A stretch of 63,366 nt of DNA, counting the filler, from Neoconidiobolus thromboides FSU 785 (Eukaryota > Fungi > Entomophthoromycota), in the NCBI GenBank assembly GCA_025603075.1. It is 5 parts of 5 records of this genome, joined end to end, with 100 filler letters (N's around TTAATTAATTAA, not from the genome) between each part and the next. Parts side by side here need not be neighbours in the genome. Positions count along the whole stretch, not along the records: positions 21,366 to 53,067 come from MU626475.1; 4 more parts are not named here. One strand, given 5' to 3'. The stretch's first letter is position 1. Each line of letters begins with the position of its first letter. Made by a program: the position numbers and the translations under genes. This document shows positions 23,971-36,794 of this stretch, piece by piece. Below the pieces are notes generated by a model that worked only from the letters and a program-made list of their open reading frames with translations, was not told the origin of the DNA and did no database searches.

Positions 23971-24364
23971 TTTTTTATATTCAATAATAATATTATTAAT
24001 TTTTATTTCATTTAATTAATTTGAAAATTTATATAATAACTTATTAATTGTTTACATATGAAATTTACTTTTTAGCTACAATAACCTATACTAACATGAT
24101 TTTGTATTAATTTTGTATTTTTTTATTAAATTTTAATAATAAAGCTATACAGAAATTTATGAAAACAATAAATTAATCATATAATAAAATAGCAGCTTTG
24201 ATTCAATATTATTTAATTATGAAACTTATACATCAATATCATATATCTCATTATTCCATTGTTTTTCCATATCTTTGTAGAACTATTTTTTTACTCTATT
24301 AAAATTGAATGTTCTATTACCAAAACTTGATAGTTATTATTTAAATTATTAGATAACTCAATTC

Positions 24365-24472
24365 ATATGGGAGATGTATTTTTATGTTTAAGAACTTTAC
24401 TAACAATTTTCCCGTTCAAATACTGCTTAAAAAATGGAAAAGATGATGAAGCCAAAAAAAGTATCCCTATAT
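24365..24472 (+). mobile_element. MITE-like family A copy
   Basis: atatgggagatgt ... gtatccctatat with the consensus interior. Confidence 0.85.
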
Positions 24473-25311
24473 CAACACTTTCAACTTATGTCTTTTGCTC
24501 CTGGGCTGCTCTCTACAAATTAAAGTTCATGCCTTTAAACTTAACCTACTCAATTCCAAAGCTATTCAAGTTTGGCTAAAGTTTTTCCCTTTAATTGCGT
24601 AACTCTCCTATTCCTGTCCTTTTCCAAACCAGTCTTAATCATCTTTGGAATCATTTAATCCTTTATTTTACTTTCTCCAATAAAACACTTGGAAGTCTCT
24701 GATTCCTTCAAGATTTTTTTATTAAGTCATTCAGATTCTGTAAAAAAATATATTATGGTTTTTAAACTATTATTAGTTTTGAGTACCTTTTTATTTTGAG
24801 TGCATTATTGATTTTTGTTATTAATTACACAAATAATTATTATAAGCATCACTATACTTATTATAGATAACCCAACTATAAAAAATACATTGAAAGATTA
24901 TTGATAAATAAGTAACTTTGTCATGAATAAACTTTTTAATTTTAATTAAGTGAAGTGTTATTCTAAGCTGAACTTTCATAAAGGAAACAAAGTGAGAGAG
25001 GGCCAAAGAATGACATTGGAATCATTTAAGTTGAATTAGAATCTTCCACTGAATATAAAATTAATCTACCTACTACGTCACTAATTGTTTAAGCTTCAAA
25101 TTTTCCTTACCACTCACATGATCCCATAACCTTCATTGATTGAGCCAATCATCGGATCGATTTTTTTAGCTCAAAAATTACCACCTTTGATTTTCATTTT
25201 TTATCATTAGTTTTCAAATCTGTTAATACTGAAGGGTAAGAAGCATCGTTTCACTTGTATCAGCAATAGAAAAAGAATTAATACAAAGGACATAGAATAA
25301 AATACATTACT

Positions 25312-28300
25312 ATGGATTTTGACGATACCAATCTAAGTGTTGGTTTAACACAAAGTACCATTTCAAATAGACGAAAAGCTTTATTGAAGACCAATGAGCA
25401 AGAAGAAAGATTATTCACACCACAAATAGAAAATGCTTCTACCAATCCTACCACTAATGGAATAAATACTAGTATCCGAGAGACTAAACCACAAGGGAAT
25501 AGAAGTCCAATTAGTGAAGGAGGTATTCGTAATTTAGTGTATCGTAATCCAACAGAACAATCCAATACTTTTCTCTCAAAGTTCTCTATACCATATACCT
25601 TACAAATTCTATTGTTATTATTACTTGTTTCAAGCTATTATTTTATAAAAATATTGTATATATTTGAGATAAGTGAGGAGAGTGATTCGAAAGTGTGGTT
25701 ATTTTATCAACTGTATGCAGTGTTAAAATGGACTTTGTTAGATTCTATATTATTCGGATTTGCCATGTATTTTAATTTGTTTGAAATTAAAAGAGAATTT
25801 GGAAGTAAAACTCTTGGAGCAATATTAGTTACTATGGCTGCAGTCAATACATCAATTATTTTTAAAATAGGGTGGGTAAGTAATTGATGAGTTGATTTTT
25901 TGTTAAGTAATAATATTAATAATTGAATATTATGATTAGATATTTTCGCCATTCACTTATTTTTTACCTGGTACAAAGACAGAGGCATCATCAGCTAGTA
26001 AGTTTTAAAAAACAAAAATCTTGAATGTTTTATTAATGTATTTTAGTTCCAATAGTTCAAGATAACTTTCAAGGAATTGGATTAAGTAATAATAAGCTGT
26101 TAAGTAGAGAAGAAATTCTTACTGGAAATCAACATCTTTCAGGGAGATATACAGTGAAAATATTACCGGATAGGTAAGAATAAGTTTTTCTATATATGTG
26201 ATCATGAGTTAACATTTTTATTTTTACTATAGTTCCGTTAAATTCAACACTGAGGATCATCATTTCTGTTTAATTAAGGATAAAGATGATAAATATAGAA
26301 AGGATAGTATTTTGATATTTATCAATGGCACTAATCCAAATAAAATGGAAGTGGAATATAGTAAAATTGGAGAAAACAAGAGTAAAATAATAACAATTAA
26401 ATTGAAACAATTTTCAAAAGATAATATTAAAACAAAAGAAAATGGAGATAAGATTGTAGTTGGTCATTATGAATATAGCATCGATAAACCTGGGAAATAT
26501 AGATTTAATAATGTATATGATGGGGAGGGAAATCAGTTTTCTAAATTAGGAAAAGAATTTGAATTAAATATAGCCCCTTGTCCAACTGCAAAGATTAATA
26601 ACATATCACATGATCAACTTAAACCTTCTGATTATTGTTTATCTACAACAAAAGAACCATTGAATACGAATATAGTAGTTTATGGTATTGGACCAATGGA
26701 AGTAACTTATAATTTAAAAGATCAATCAAATAATATGTTTAGTAAAACGATCATTACAGATATTATTGAAAAAGATACATTAAAAGAACAACAATTTAAT
26801 GTAGATTTTAAATTTGATAAACCTGGAAAATATGAATACCAAATTGCCAAGATTAGAGATTACTATGGAAATACTATAGATTATGAGGGATTAAAGAAAT
26901 ACAATAACGAAAAGGAATTAGAAGGATATTTAACAGCTCATTCTAAACCAGATGCTTATTTCAATTTTAAAAATAAGAAACTATATTTATCTCCAATTAA
27001 AAAAGAACAACAGTTATCATTTTCAGCTCAAGGAGAACCCTATGTTAATGTTACTATTGGATTGTGTAAATTAGATAAAGACTGTAACAATATCGAGAAT
27101 TATAAAGTTTATGATATAAAACAATTTAATGATGATTATGATTTTTATGTAAAACATGTGGGATATTATAAAATATTATCAGTTACAGATGCTTATTGTA
27201 AAAATGATATGATTAAATCAAAAATAGTTAAAGTAGAGAAATTACCTAAACCAGAATTAATGATGGATAATCAACCTATTTTATCAACTTGTAATAAAGA
27301 AATTGGTATGGAATTTAATTTAACATTAGCAGGTGATGTTCCATTTGTTTTAGATTATAATATTATAGGAAAACAAGATGATGGAACTAAAGTTAACAAT
27401 AGAAAGAGTATCAAATTAATGAATTTAATTAATTATATTAAAATTATACCAGAACATTCAGGAAATTATGAATATAAATTTACAAAATTAACAAATGAAG
27501 CTTATGGACAAGTAAAACTAACTAATGAGTATCATCAAATAGTAAATGCTCAACCAATAGCTAAATTTATTACTAAAGAAAATAAGGATATTAAATTATG
27601 TTTAAATGAAGATATTCAATCAAATGAATTATTCGTTCAATTAAATGGTAAATTTCCACTGCAATTAGAATATTCAATTATAAATGATGAAAATATTAAA
27701 GAATTTGTAATTAATGATATTCATGATTCAACAATTAAATTAAAAATTGATAAACCAACTATGACTGGCAAACATATAGTACAGTTAACTAATATAATTG
27801 ATGCTGATGGATGTGAAAACAAATTAAATGTACCATCAATAAGTTACGATGTGAGAGATACAAAACCTAAGATTCAGTTTATTTATGAAGATGAAGTTAA
27901 TAATAATAGTAACATATTGTATGGTAAACAAGGTCAAGAATTTAAACTACCAATTTACTTAGAAGGAGAAGCCCCATGGCGATTTATTGTATCAACACCA
28001 AATAATAAATTAAAACCATTTGAGCTTATAGATAATAAAGCTACAATTAATGTGTTTGAAGAAGGAGAATATAAATTAATATCAGTTAAAGATGATTACT
28101 GTAAAGGAGAAGTAGTTAAGGGTGAAGATAAATTTATTATTAAATATTATGATAAACCAATAGTTAAATTAATTATGGGTAGTAATGAACATAATGATAA
28201 TGACTATAATATATTTAAATTAAATCCGGTTTGTCAATATCAATTATCTAATCAAAAGTTAAAATTTTATGGCAATGGACCATTTAAATTAGGTTATAAA

Positions 28301-29538
28301 TTTAAAAATGGAAAATATGAAGATTATTCTGATAAACTTAAAGATAACATATTAAAAGATGAATATTTATTTAATTTAGATACAAATAATGATGGATTAA
28401 ATGAATATCATTTAGATAGAATTGGAGACATGAATTACAATGAATTAATTAAATTAGAAAATGGTATAAAAATTGAGCAATTAGTTTATAAAAATCCAAA
28501 AGCAAGTTTTGTAACAAATAAAATAAAACACATTAAAGCATGTAAATCAAGTACAATTAAAGATTTACAACTTAATTTAATCGGTGAAGCTCCGTTTAAT
28601 ATTGAATTAGAATGGGTAGATCCTAATGGTAATAGTTATCCAGTTGAATTCAAAAATATTCAAACAAAACAATTGAAATTTGAATTGAAATTACCTAATG
28701 ATTCCATAGGTAACTTTAAATTAAATTTAATTAATATACAAGATAAACATCAATGTCAATTTAATAACCCACATATTGAGAGTATTAATATACAAGTATA
28801 TGATATACCTGCTATAAAATATCATTTCCATAAAGATTTATGTGTTGGTGAACAGCTACAATTTTCATTAATAGGAGAAGCACCTTTTCAATTTTATTAT
28901 TCATTAAATGAAAGGAAATTAGGACCAATCAAATTGGAAGATATTGCATTTTCAAGATTAGCAGATAAAGAAGGAAAATTTAAAGTAGAAAAACTATGTC
29001 ATATTGATAACATGTGCTGTAATGAAGAATTGACAGAAATAATAGAAATTCATCAATTACCATCAGCTATTATTCAAAGTCCAAACCAAGTTGAAAAAAT
29101 TCATCAAGGTAACTGAATTTATAAATAAAAGTAGGATTGATATTAATAATATATTCTAATTCACTTAGGTGAAGAAGCTAATATCTCAATTAAATTAGAA
29201 GGTGGTAAGTAAAAAGAAGATTATCTTTTTATTTTTCTTTAAAAGTTTTATTAATGAATTTCAATTTGTTATTTTTAGTTGCTCCCTTTTCAATCCGATA
29301 TACACAACAAGATTTAAAAACTAATCAAGTAAAATCTGCTTCAACAATTCGAAATATTAATCAAAAAAAGTATGATTTAAAAACAAAAGAAGAAGGTAAA
29401 TTAAATTTATAATTTATAACCAAACTTGAAATACAAAGAGTAATTTATTAATTATTTTATTATTATCTTATTTTAGGTATCTTTGAAATTGTTTATGTTG
29501 AAGATAGGTATTGTAGTTATCCACCAATTGGGAAATAA
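25312..29538 (+). CDS. POM152: Nuclear pore membrane protein Pom152-like, multi-exon
   Basis: Disordered N-terminus, transmembrane helices, then tandem beta-rich Ig-like units with recurring GxxPf/wxlxY and D..C motifs (LAGDVPFVLDY, LNGKFPLQLEY, LEGEAPWRF, LIGEAPFNI, LIGEAPFQFYY). Ends VEDRYCSYPPIGK* at 29538. Confidence 0.85.
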
Positions 29539-29778
29539 ACTAGACTGAATGAAGAAAAAAGTAAAGAAGATATAAACAAGGGGAAATGGTTTGTTTTTTA
29601 TAATAAAATTGATTAGCTTAAAAAATAAATAATAATATATCTTTTAAGTTCTTTTTTAGTTCAAATGATAAGTTGATTTGAGTTTTATAATTTATTTTGA
29701 CTATGAAGCGTCTTTTATTAGACTAAGTATTTACACTAAAGTTTTAACAAAATTGTAAATTGATAAAGTTTAATATAA

Positions 29779-29919
29779 ATTTGAGGATATTCTATTTTGT
29801 TTAAGAAATTTACTACCAATTTTCTACTCGTATTTTCACTCATACTTTCACTCATACTTTCACTCATATATCGCTGAAAAATGAGGAAAAGTGATAGTAC
29901 CAAAAAAAATCATTTATAT
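29779..29919 (+). mobile_element. MITE-like family A copy with internal tandem expansion
   Basis: Consensus flanks (tttaagaaatttactacc..., gaaaagtgatagtaccaaaaaaa) around three copies of tttcactcata. Confidence 0.7.
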
Positions 29920-30168
29920 ATTAACACATTAATATATTAATAAAAAACTTATCGAAATAATCAATAAAAACTTAGTTTTGTCTATTACTATATATATCTA
30001 CTTTATAATTTGTGAAAAAAACTATTAATTTTGTAAGCTACTTTTAATTATACTCATAATACAACTAATATTTATAGTTCAATCCATAAAATTAGAATTG
30101 CTTATTAAATGAAAATCATTTCCAATAGTTAATTTAGTTGCTCTATACTAACTTAAACAAACAACAAG

Positions 30169-30271
30169 TAGGGGTGTTTTTTTGGCTTCATTATTTTTTC
30201 CATTTTTTAAGCGCTAGTTGAGTGGAAAAATTGTTAGTAAAATTCTTAAATATAAAAATACATCCCCATAT
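30169..30271 (-). mobile_element. MITE-like family A copy
   Basis: taggggtgt ... acatccccatat, reverse-complement consensus. Confidence 0.88.
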
Positions 30272-30418
30272 GGTTTATTTGATTTATAGCATAATTACTA
30301 AGCTAAAAAAAGAATGTACAATTAATATAAAGTATTTCATTCAATAACATCAATTCAATTCTAACATTGCATATAAATCAAAAACAAAGTGATCTTGATC
30401 ATTAGAAAAATAACTAAT

Positions 30419-30524
30419 ATATGGCGATGTTCTTTTGTGTTTAAGAATTTTACTAACAATATTTCCACTCAACTAGCGCTTAAAAAATGGAAAAGTAATG
30501 AAATCAAAAAAAACATCCCCATAT
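30419..30524 (+). mobile_element. MITE-like family A copy
   Basis: atatggcgatgt ... acatccccatat. Confidence 0.9.
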
Positions 30525-31002
30525 GGTAATTTAATTTTATAATAGGGTATACAAAGGGGATTCTCTTTATTTATTTTAAAATAGAGATCAAATAGAGCTT
30601 GAATCGCATCAAGGAGTTGCTTCAACTTATGATAAATCAGCTGCTAATCTAAATTCGGAAGTTGAGATAAAAATGCATCGTCATTAGCATGAAACGAGCT
30701 GTGTCCTCATGATCCATCTAATATATTAGAACCATAATTAACCTTAAGCTTAGATCGATTAAAATAACGTAAAGTTTGATTTTATGTCAAATGCAACTCG
30801 TTTTTATAACTAACATATAATATTAATGACCAGAAAAGCAAATAGAGTTAACTATTAAAGTGCTACTATTTTACATCTTGTAAAAATAAATAATAATTGT
30901 TCATCTATAACGTGTCTCGATTTTACTTTATTAATCAAGTTTTAAATTCTCGAAATAGCGCTAAACCCCTGAAATCTTATAAAATTAGTTGGACAAGTTA
31001 TT

Positions 31003-31104
31003 ATATGGAGATGTTTTTTTAGCTTCGCTTTTTCCATTTTTTAAGCACTATTTGAGTAGAAAGGTTGTTAATAAAATCCTTAAACACAAAACACATCACC
31101 ATAT
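31003..31104 (-). mobile_element. MITE-like family A copy
   Basis: atatggagatgt ... acatcaccatat. Confidence 0.88.
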
Positions 31105-31445
31105 GTAGTAATGGTCGATTAGTGAATCTTTTATAATTTTTGGTGCTATTAACGATGATCTTCATGTTTGTTACAGGAAAGTTTGTTGACTGTATAGCTT
31201 TAAATTTTATAAACAATTTTCAAATTGGTTTCAATAGTAGGATATCAAATAGTTACTATGATTTTTAAATGCTATATAGTTGTATTAAGGTGGATTTTAC
31301 TTATTTTAAGTTTATATATAAATTAAAAAGTTAGATTAAAATCAATGTATATGTATTAAATAAATCCTTTAGATAAAAGTTATAAATGATAGAAGCGCAA
31401 AAAGTAAAAAAATGGAGCTATAGTTAATATTGAATTTATTTACAT

Positions 31446-32180
31446 CTAATTTAGGGAAAGTATATTAAAATAAAGGTTTAGTATCGAATATGAGATATTC
31501 AGATAATAACTATCGATATAGTCAAGTTTTATCAAGATGTGAGCTTGACCAAAGTAATAAAGTAAATCATATACATACTTTGAATAAAGATCCTTTTTTT
31601 GATTGTTCTTAGGTTTAAAATATTTCTCAGTCACAAATAGTATGATGGTTAAAAGCATAAAGTTGTATACTGGATTCATGAAATTTTGCTTAAAAAATTC
31701 AATATTAATTTCATTCAAAATAAGATTGATATTACTTATATCTAGTGCAAAAAATAAATCTACTAAAATAAGATCTTCCTTGTCAAAATTATATAAAAAT
31801 TGAAAGCTATTTTCAAAACTGATATTAGAAATTGGGTTATAACCTTTAGTAATAAGTTGAGTTAAGTCTAAGCTGTTGTGTATTAGCTCGACTTCTTCAT
31901 TTAATAAATTTTTAAAATCGGTATTGATTGTCCTATTGAGGCCAGAGTTTGAATTTTCATAATAGTATGTTGAAGTATTACTTGAACCTGTAGAAGGACT
32001 TAAGGAAGGACTTAAGGAAGGACTCAAAGTATGACTAAAAGAAGGTGTTAAGGTAGAATTTGACAAAGGGCTTGTAGGAACAAGCTGTATACAATCTTTT
32101 AATAAAGAATATAATGAAGAGTCAGGAATCAAAGCATTCTTTATATTGTTGAACAAAGGTTTGGGCAAAATATTGGTCAT
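31446..32180 (-). CDS. Hypothetical protein or fragment; possibly the linker and middle-homology region of a fungal transcription factor
   Basis: 244-aa ATG ORF with a Ser-rich linker (SPSL repeats), then LVDLFFALD...ILNEINIEFF...FMLLTII, loosely like Fungal_trans regions. No intact Zn2Cys6 domain found upstream. Confidence 0.35.
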   Translation of the reverse strand: MTNILPKPLFNNIKNALIPDSSLYSLLKDCIQLVPTSPLSNSTLTPSFSHTLSPSLSPSLSPSTGSSNTSTYYYENSNSGLNRTINTDFKNLLNEEVELIHNSLDLTQLITKGYNPISNISFENSFQFLYNFDKEDLILVDLFFALDISNINLILNEINIEFFKQNFMNPVYNFMLLTIILFVTEKYFKPKNNQKKDLYSKYVYDLLYYFGQAHILIKLDYIDSYYLNISYSILNLYFNILSLN

Positions 32181-34653
32181 CTCAAATTTACGAACTAAAT
32201 AAAAAGATTACTTTTCACTGGTTATATAGTGCTATCTACCTCAAATTTTTTATTAGTTAATAAAAATAGATAAATAATGAATGACTTTCAGAAGCCATCG
32301 AACTAAGTTCAATAACAATGGTGTTATATAAATTCACTTGCTACTGTCGTTTACTGCTCCTTTCTAGAACAGGATATGCTATAAATTGACCCATTTGTAA
32401 ACTAATCCGATCGTTCATTCTTAGAATACCAACTTTGGCAATAACAAGTTCCTTATTTAGAGCTTATTTTAGACCAAATAAGAACCATTTTTAATTGTTC
32501 AAAATAGTCTTTTTATGATTTCTAAATCCCATCATTTTTGTTGCTTAAAATTGTTCATATTTAAGACTTTATTGCCTTAAATATTCGATAACATTAGGTC
32601 TCTTTTACTAACTATTTGATTAAATAAAGCTCATAATATCACTCTCATACTTTAACTTTGAATTACAACGATAGTATTTGGAATTTCTTTGTTTTTATAA
32701 CCAATTTAACCTTAATAAAGTCCATAGTTTTAATTTTGCTTATTGTATTCTGAGATTTTAATATTGAATTAACTCTGAGATTGAGCCTTTATATTAAGAT
32801 CAATTCTGTTATTTCAGTGTTCTACACTAATCACTTCACTTGTTATTTGATATATATAGGACTGAAAGTTTACATAGAAATAACAAATCAGTCTAGAACG
32901 AAATAACGTAATTTATATATTTTCTATTTAATAAACTAAGAATGTTATCAATAAAGTAACATTAACCTTAATTTTGGTTTCATTTGAGAATATGCTCACC
33001 ATCTCGAATTACTAAATATAAAAGTTCAATGCCTATTTAGATAGATATATCAATTACCTTTTAAAAACATTGAAAATAGAGCTTTTCTATAATAGATACT
33101 TTTGAAGTTTAAACTATCAGTATAAACTATTAATAAAAAAGCTAAAATAGTAATAAAAAAAGAGCTTATACAGTATCTTTCAATAATCACACATCAAATA
33201 ACTTGTAAATCTTATATGAAAGCTCTACAGTTTAGCCCAATCGATAAAAAATATCTACTTTCTGATTATATCTATCTCCTCATTATATAGAAAGCCATCT
33301 GGAGAATAAAAGTGAAAGAAATCCCACTTTGGCTATCGGCTTCTTCCAAAGATAATAGGTTGTTGAACTCAATTTCTATTTTACCAGGTGGTACTCTTTG
33401 AGGATTTTATTTCCTAGCCCCACTGACTTTATCATTTAAACTTTTATTTTAACTAATAAAACACTTGAAGTTTCAGTTTTCAAAAGAAGAAAAGAGCTGT
33501 AAATCGGTATCAAAACTGTTGTCTTCAGATATATAGACTATTTTTCTTAAAATTTGCTCCAAAAGTTATATTTATATAATATAATTTTAATTACTGCCTG
33601 TATAAAGATATCAAACAGTATATCAAAAATAATAATCTTTTCTATGGAACATTTTTTGGTATAAAGTATTTGAAAAAAAGGCCGTTTTAGTAAAGCTTTA
33701 TTAACTAATACAAAAAATTTAGTAATCGATAAAATTAAATAACTTTTGTTTTGAATTATGAACCTTTAAGTAAGATAAATAAATACGTTAGCCTTGCAGT
33801 ATTTATATAAAAATGTCTGTACACATTGCTGACGAATTTCTTAGAAAAAATCCTTAGCTTCTCTATTTCTTATACAAGAGTCATCATTGTATCTTTGAAG
33901 AATATTATTAGTTTTATACTAAAAGCTTTCAAAAACACCACAATAGCAATTATGGGCTCAATAAATATTCGTTTCTTATTCTGTTTAAGTTTGTTTTTAT
34001 ATATATAATTTTACTTCGAAGGCTACAGGGCTTTGTGTTTTGTTAGTTAATAAAACGATCAGGAAAGAGACATTATAGTAGTAGAAAATCAAAGAATCGA
34101 TGAAGCTTACAGAAGTTTATGAAAGAAGTCATTATGGGTCGGTTAAAGCCAGTCATAAAGGAAAAAACCAGGATCATATAGTGTCGGTCTTGTTGCGGGC
34201 GAGCTTAGAAATTGAGTATCTGAGTTTGGGAAAGGTAAGGTTCAATATCCAGGGAACATTTTTGTATATTTGGATTTAAAATTTTGAAAGTAAACTTAGT
34301 TTTAGATATAATTGATCTATTGAAGCTACTAGAATATTAATGCCTCTTCACTTCATCGCATCTAACTTTATAATCTTTGAAATGACCAACATTTTTTTTT
34401 AAGCTAGCTTATTAAAATAACATTAAAGTGAAGTCTCTTATTCTATATATATTTTGATTTATTACTTTGTTTAGCTTTCCTCATCCTACATCAATAAACT
34501 TTAAAGATGCAAGAAATCATGACCAATAGCTTGATATAAAAATTAAAAGTTGATAGGAAGTATTTTGACCCTAATTCATTGCTCTTTAAAAAAAGAAATT
34601 ATAAAGAAAAAATCAACAAAATTGTATCAAATAGACATAATTTACTAAAAAAA

Positions 34654-35667
34654 TCAAGAGCTATATGGGAAAGCAGATTGTAGACCATTTGTTTTTGATT
34701 TGAAGCTAAATTTTGACAACACTTTATCTACTTGCTTACGTGTTGGATCATGAATTAATAAAACAAATAGTGCGTTTATAATACCGCTAAATGAATTAAA
34801 TATATGGCTAAATGTTGTTATATCCGGATCAATATTTCTCGGATTTAAAGCTAGTGATAATGACACCGTTGCATTTGGTAAAATACATACTATATAAGCT
34901 AAAATCATACAGGTTAGCTTTAATGTTGTCCAGAACTTGATTCTTGCTATTTTAGCATCTGTGTTATTATCTTCAAAGTAAAGACTCTCTTTTGTTGGTG
35001 AATCAGCCCCATCAGAAATTACTAATCCTTCTGTCAAAGCATGCTTTGAATCCCCATTTCTGATTTTTAACGTTAAATATTTGTTATAAACTAAATTTAA
35101 ATTAAAGTAGCAGAACACAATGATAATCAAACTGATTAGAAATCTGGCCATAAATAAAATGTATGTGAATTTAACATAAGTTCCATTATTCGATGCTAGT
35201 TTAGGGAAAGGCAAGCATATGAGCTTAGATGGAGACCAAAAATAAGGATCTTTATAATATAAATTAAATAGCGTTGTCCCTAAAGATAATGAAATTGATA
35301 ATGAAGACATAATATACCAAAATAAGTTGGATATCTTATACTTCCTACAAATAGTAAAATATCTCATTAAGCCTAAAATAGCTACCAGTTCTAAGGAAGA
35401 TTCCATTGTTATTATTGTTATACTTGTGTCACTTGCACACCACCAATTCGGAAATAAAGTTGTATCTTGATTAAAGCTCGTCATTAGTGATATCCTTACA
35501 ACCGAATTTATATAAAACAAACAATCAAGGATCCCAATCAGCAATATTAGTTTTAAATCTGTGCCTTTTAAACTTAATTTGATGACAATTATGTAAAACA
35601 TTAAACAATTTATCATTATGCCTATTAAAGCTTGGATTAGCAAAACTATTTCTCCTGCGTATCCCAT
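34654..35667 (-). CDS. Class A (rhodopsin-like) 7TM GPCR, intronless; paralogue 2
   Basis: Same length (337 aa) as and collinear with 22957-23970; WCASD...GLMRY, FCY, ILP retained; TM7 reads INA rather than INP. Confidence 0.85.
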   Translation of the reverse strand: MGYAGEIVLLIQALIGIMINCLMFYIIVIKLSLKGTDLKLILLIGILDCLFYINSVVRISLMTSFNQDTTLFPNWWCASDTSITIITMESSLELVAILGLMRYFTICRKYKISNLFWYIMSSLSISLSLGTTLFNLYYKDPYFWSPSKLICLPFPKLASNNGTYVKFTYILFMARFLISLIIIVFCYFNLNLVYNKYLTLKIRNGDSKHALTEGLVISDGADSPTKESLYFEDNNTDAKIARIKFWTTLKLTCMILAYIVCILPNATVSLSLALNPRNIDPDITTFSHIFNSFSGIINALFVLLIHDPTRKQVDKVLSKFSFKSKTNGLQSAFPYSS

Positions 35668-36486
35668 CTTTTATATTAAATTATTAAATTGAAAAAAAAT
35701 AAAAAATAAAAGTCTTTAATATAGGTATTTATCTAATATTAGTATTACCATTTTAGCTAGTAACCATGTTTTATTCATTACAATAATAGCACAACGAAAT
35801 TAAGGTAAAGGAAATAGTAATCAAAAATCTATAAATAGCAAATGAGATTAAATAAAAGAGAATAAAAATATATTGAAGCTTGTTTCTAACTAGAACTAAG
35901 TAATTATAATAAAATTTATAACCCAAGTTTTAAAAATTTTCATTTTTTTTATTTGGCAAAGCATATTATCATTACTTACTAACAAATATATTACTACTTC
36001 TAACAAAGTAATTTTAATATTATATTGATTTTTAAGAGGGTTGCGTTATATTTTATAAAATAATTATTTTTTTTATAAAAGGACCTATTGGGTATACAAC
36101 CTTAATAAGCATTGTCAAGAATTTGATTCAGGAAATATATTGATCTGAAAGAGATCTCATAAATTTCTATAAACTTTATTGTTTGCTAATAACATTGTGT
36201 ACTATATCTCCAAAACTATTAGATTTTAACTAATAATTGTACACAATCTATAATGTTATCTATAAAATAATCTTCCTTTTTGGGCAAATATGTTACCCTA
36301 AAGATGTAGAATTGCTACACATAAACCTTCATGTAAGAAATGTCTCATTTTTGAACATAAAAAACACCTCCTGTCGCAATCGATATCCTTTTTACTACTT
36401 TTGATCATAAAAAGGAGCTTGCTTTAGAAATAACTCTGTAGTTTTTCAATGATCAATGATCAATAATCAAAATAGAACACTAACTA

Positions 36487-36794
36487 GAACAGAATCCGTT
36501 CAGTTGAGGATAGACTTATTAAATTTAAGCATTTTTTCATTTGGTTAAGCACCATGAAATTATTATAAAATTGTTAGCATTTAAATTTCATATTTTTTAT
36601 AACTTGACCAAGTTCGAAAACATTTGCTTATTTTAAAACTGCCTATCTTTTAACTTTTAAATATTTCATATTAGCAATTAAGAGAGAAAATGAAATTTAA
36701 ATGCTAACAATTTTGTAATGATTTCATGGTGCTTAACCAAATGGAAAAATGCTTAAATCCAACAAGTCTGCCCTTAACTAAACGGATTCCGTTC
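36487..36794. repeat. Long fold-back element: ~105-bp inverted arms (36487-36591, 36690-36794) around a ~98-bp spacer
   Basis: Left arm gaacagaatccgttcagttgagg...catttggttaagcaccatgaaat...aaaattgttagcatttaaatttcat is the near-perfect reverse complement of the right arm. Confidence 0.9.

Noticed and set aside
24480-24720. Minus-strand stretch reading like a decayed coding sequence (KLE*LWN*VG*V*RHEL*FVE), suggestive of C-to-T (RIP-like) damage
   Set aside because: Every stop codon begins with T, so C-to-T restorability is not evidence, and I cannot assign a parent gene. It needs a tBLASTn hit.
30590-30700. SHQGVASTYDK, resembling the H-x-G-x3-T part of a retrotransposon integrase zinc finger
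   Set aside because: Too short, with no downstream W/C-x2-C residues, RT or LTRs visible.
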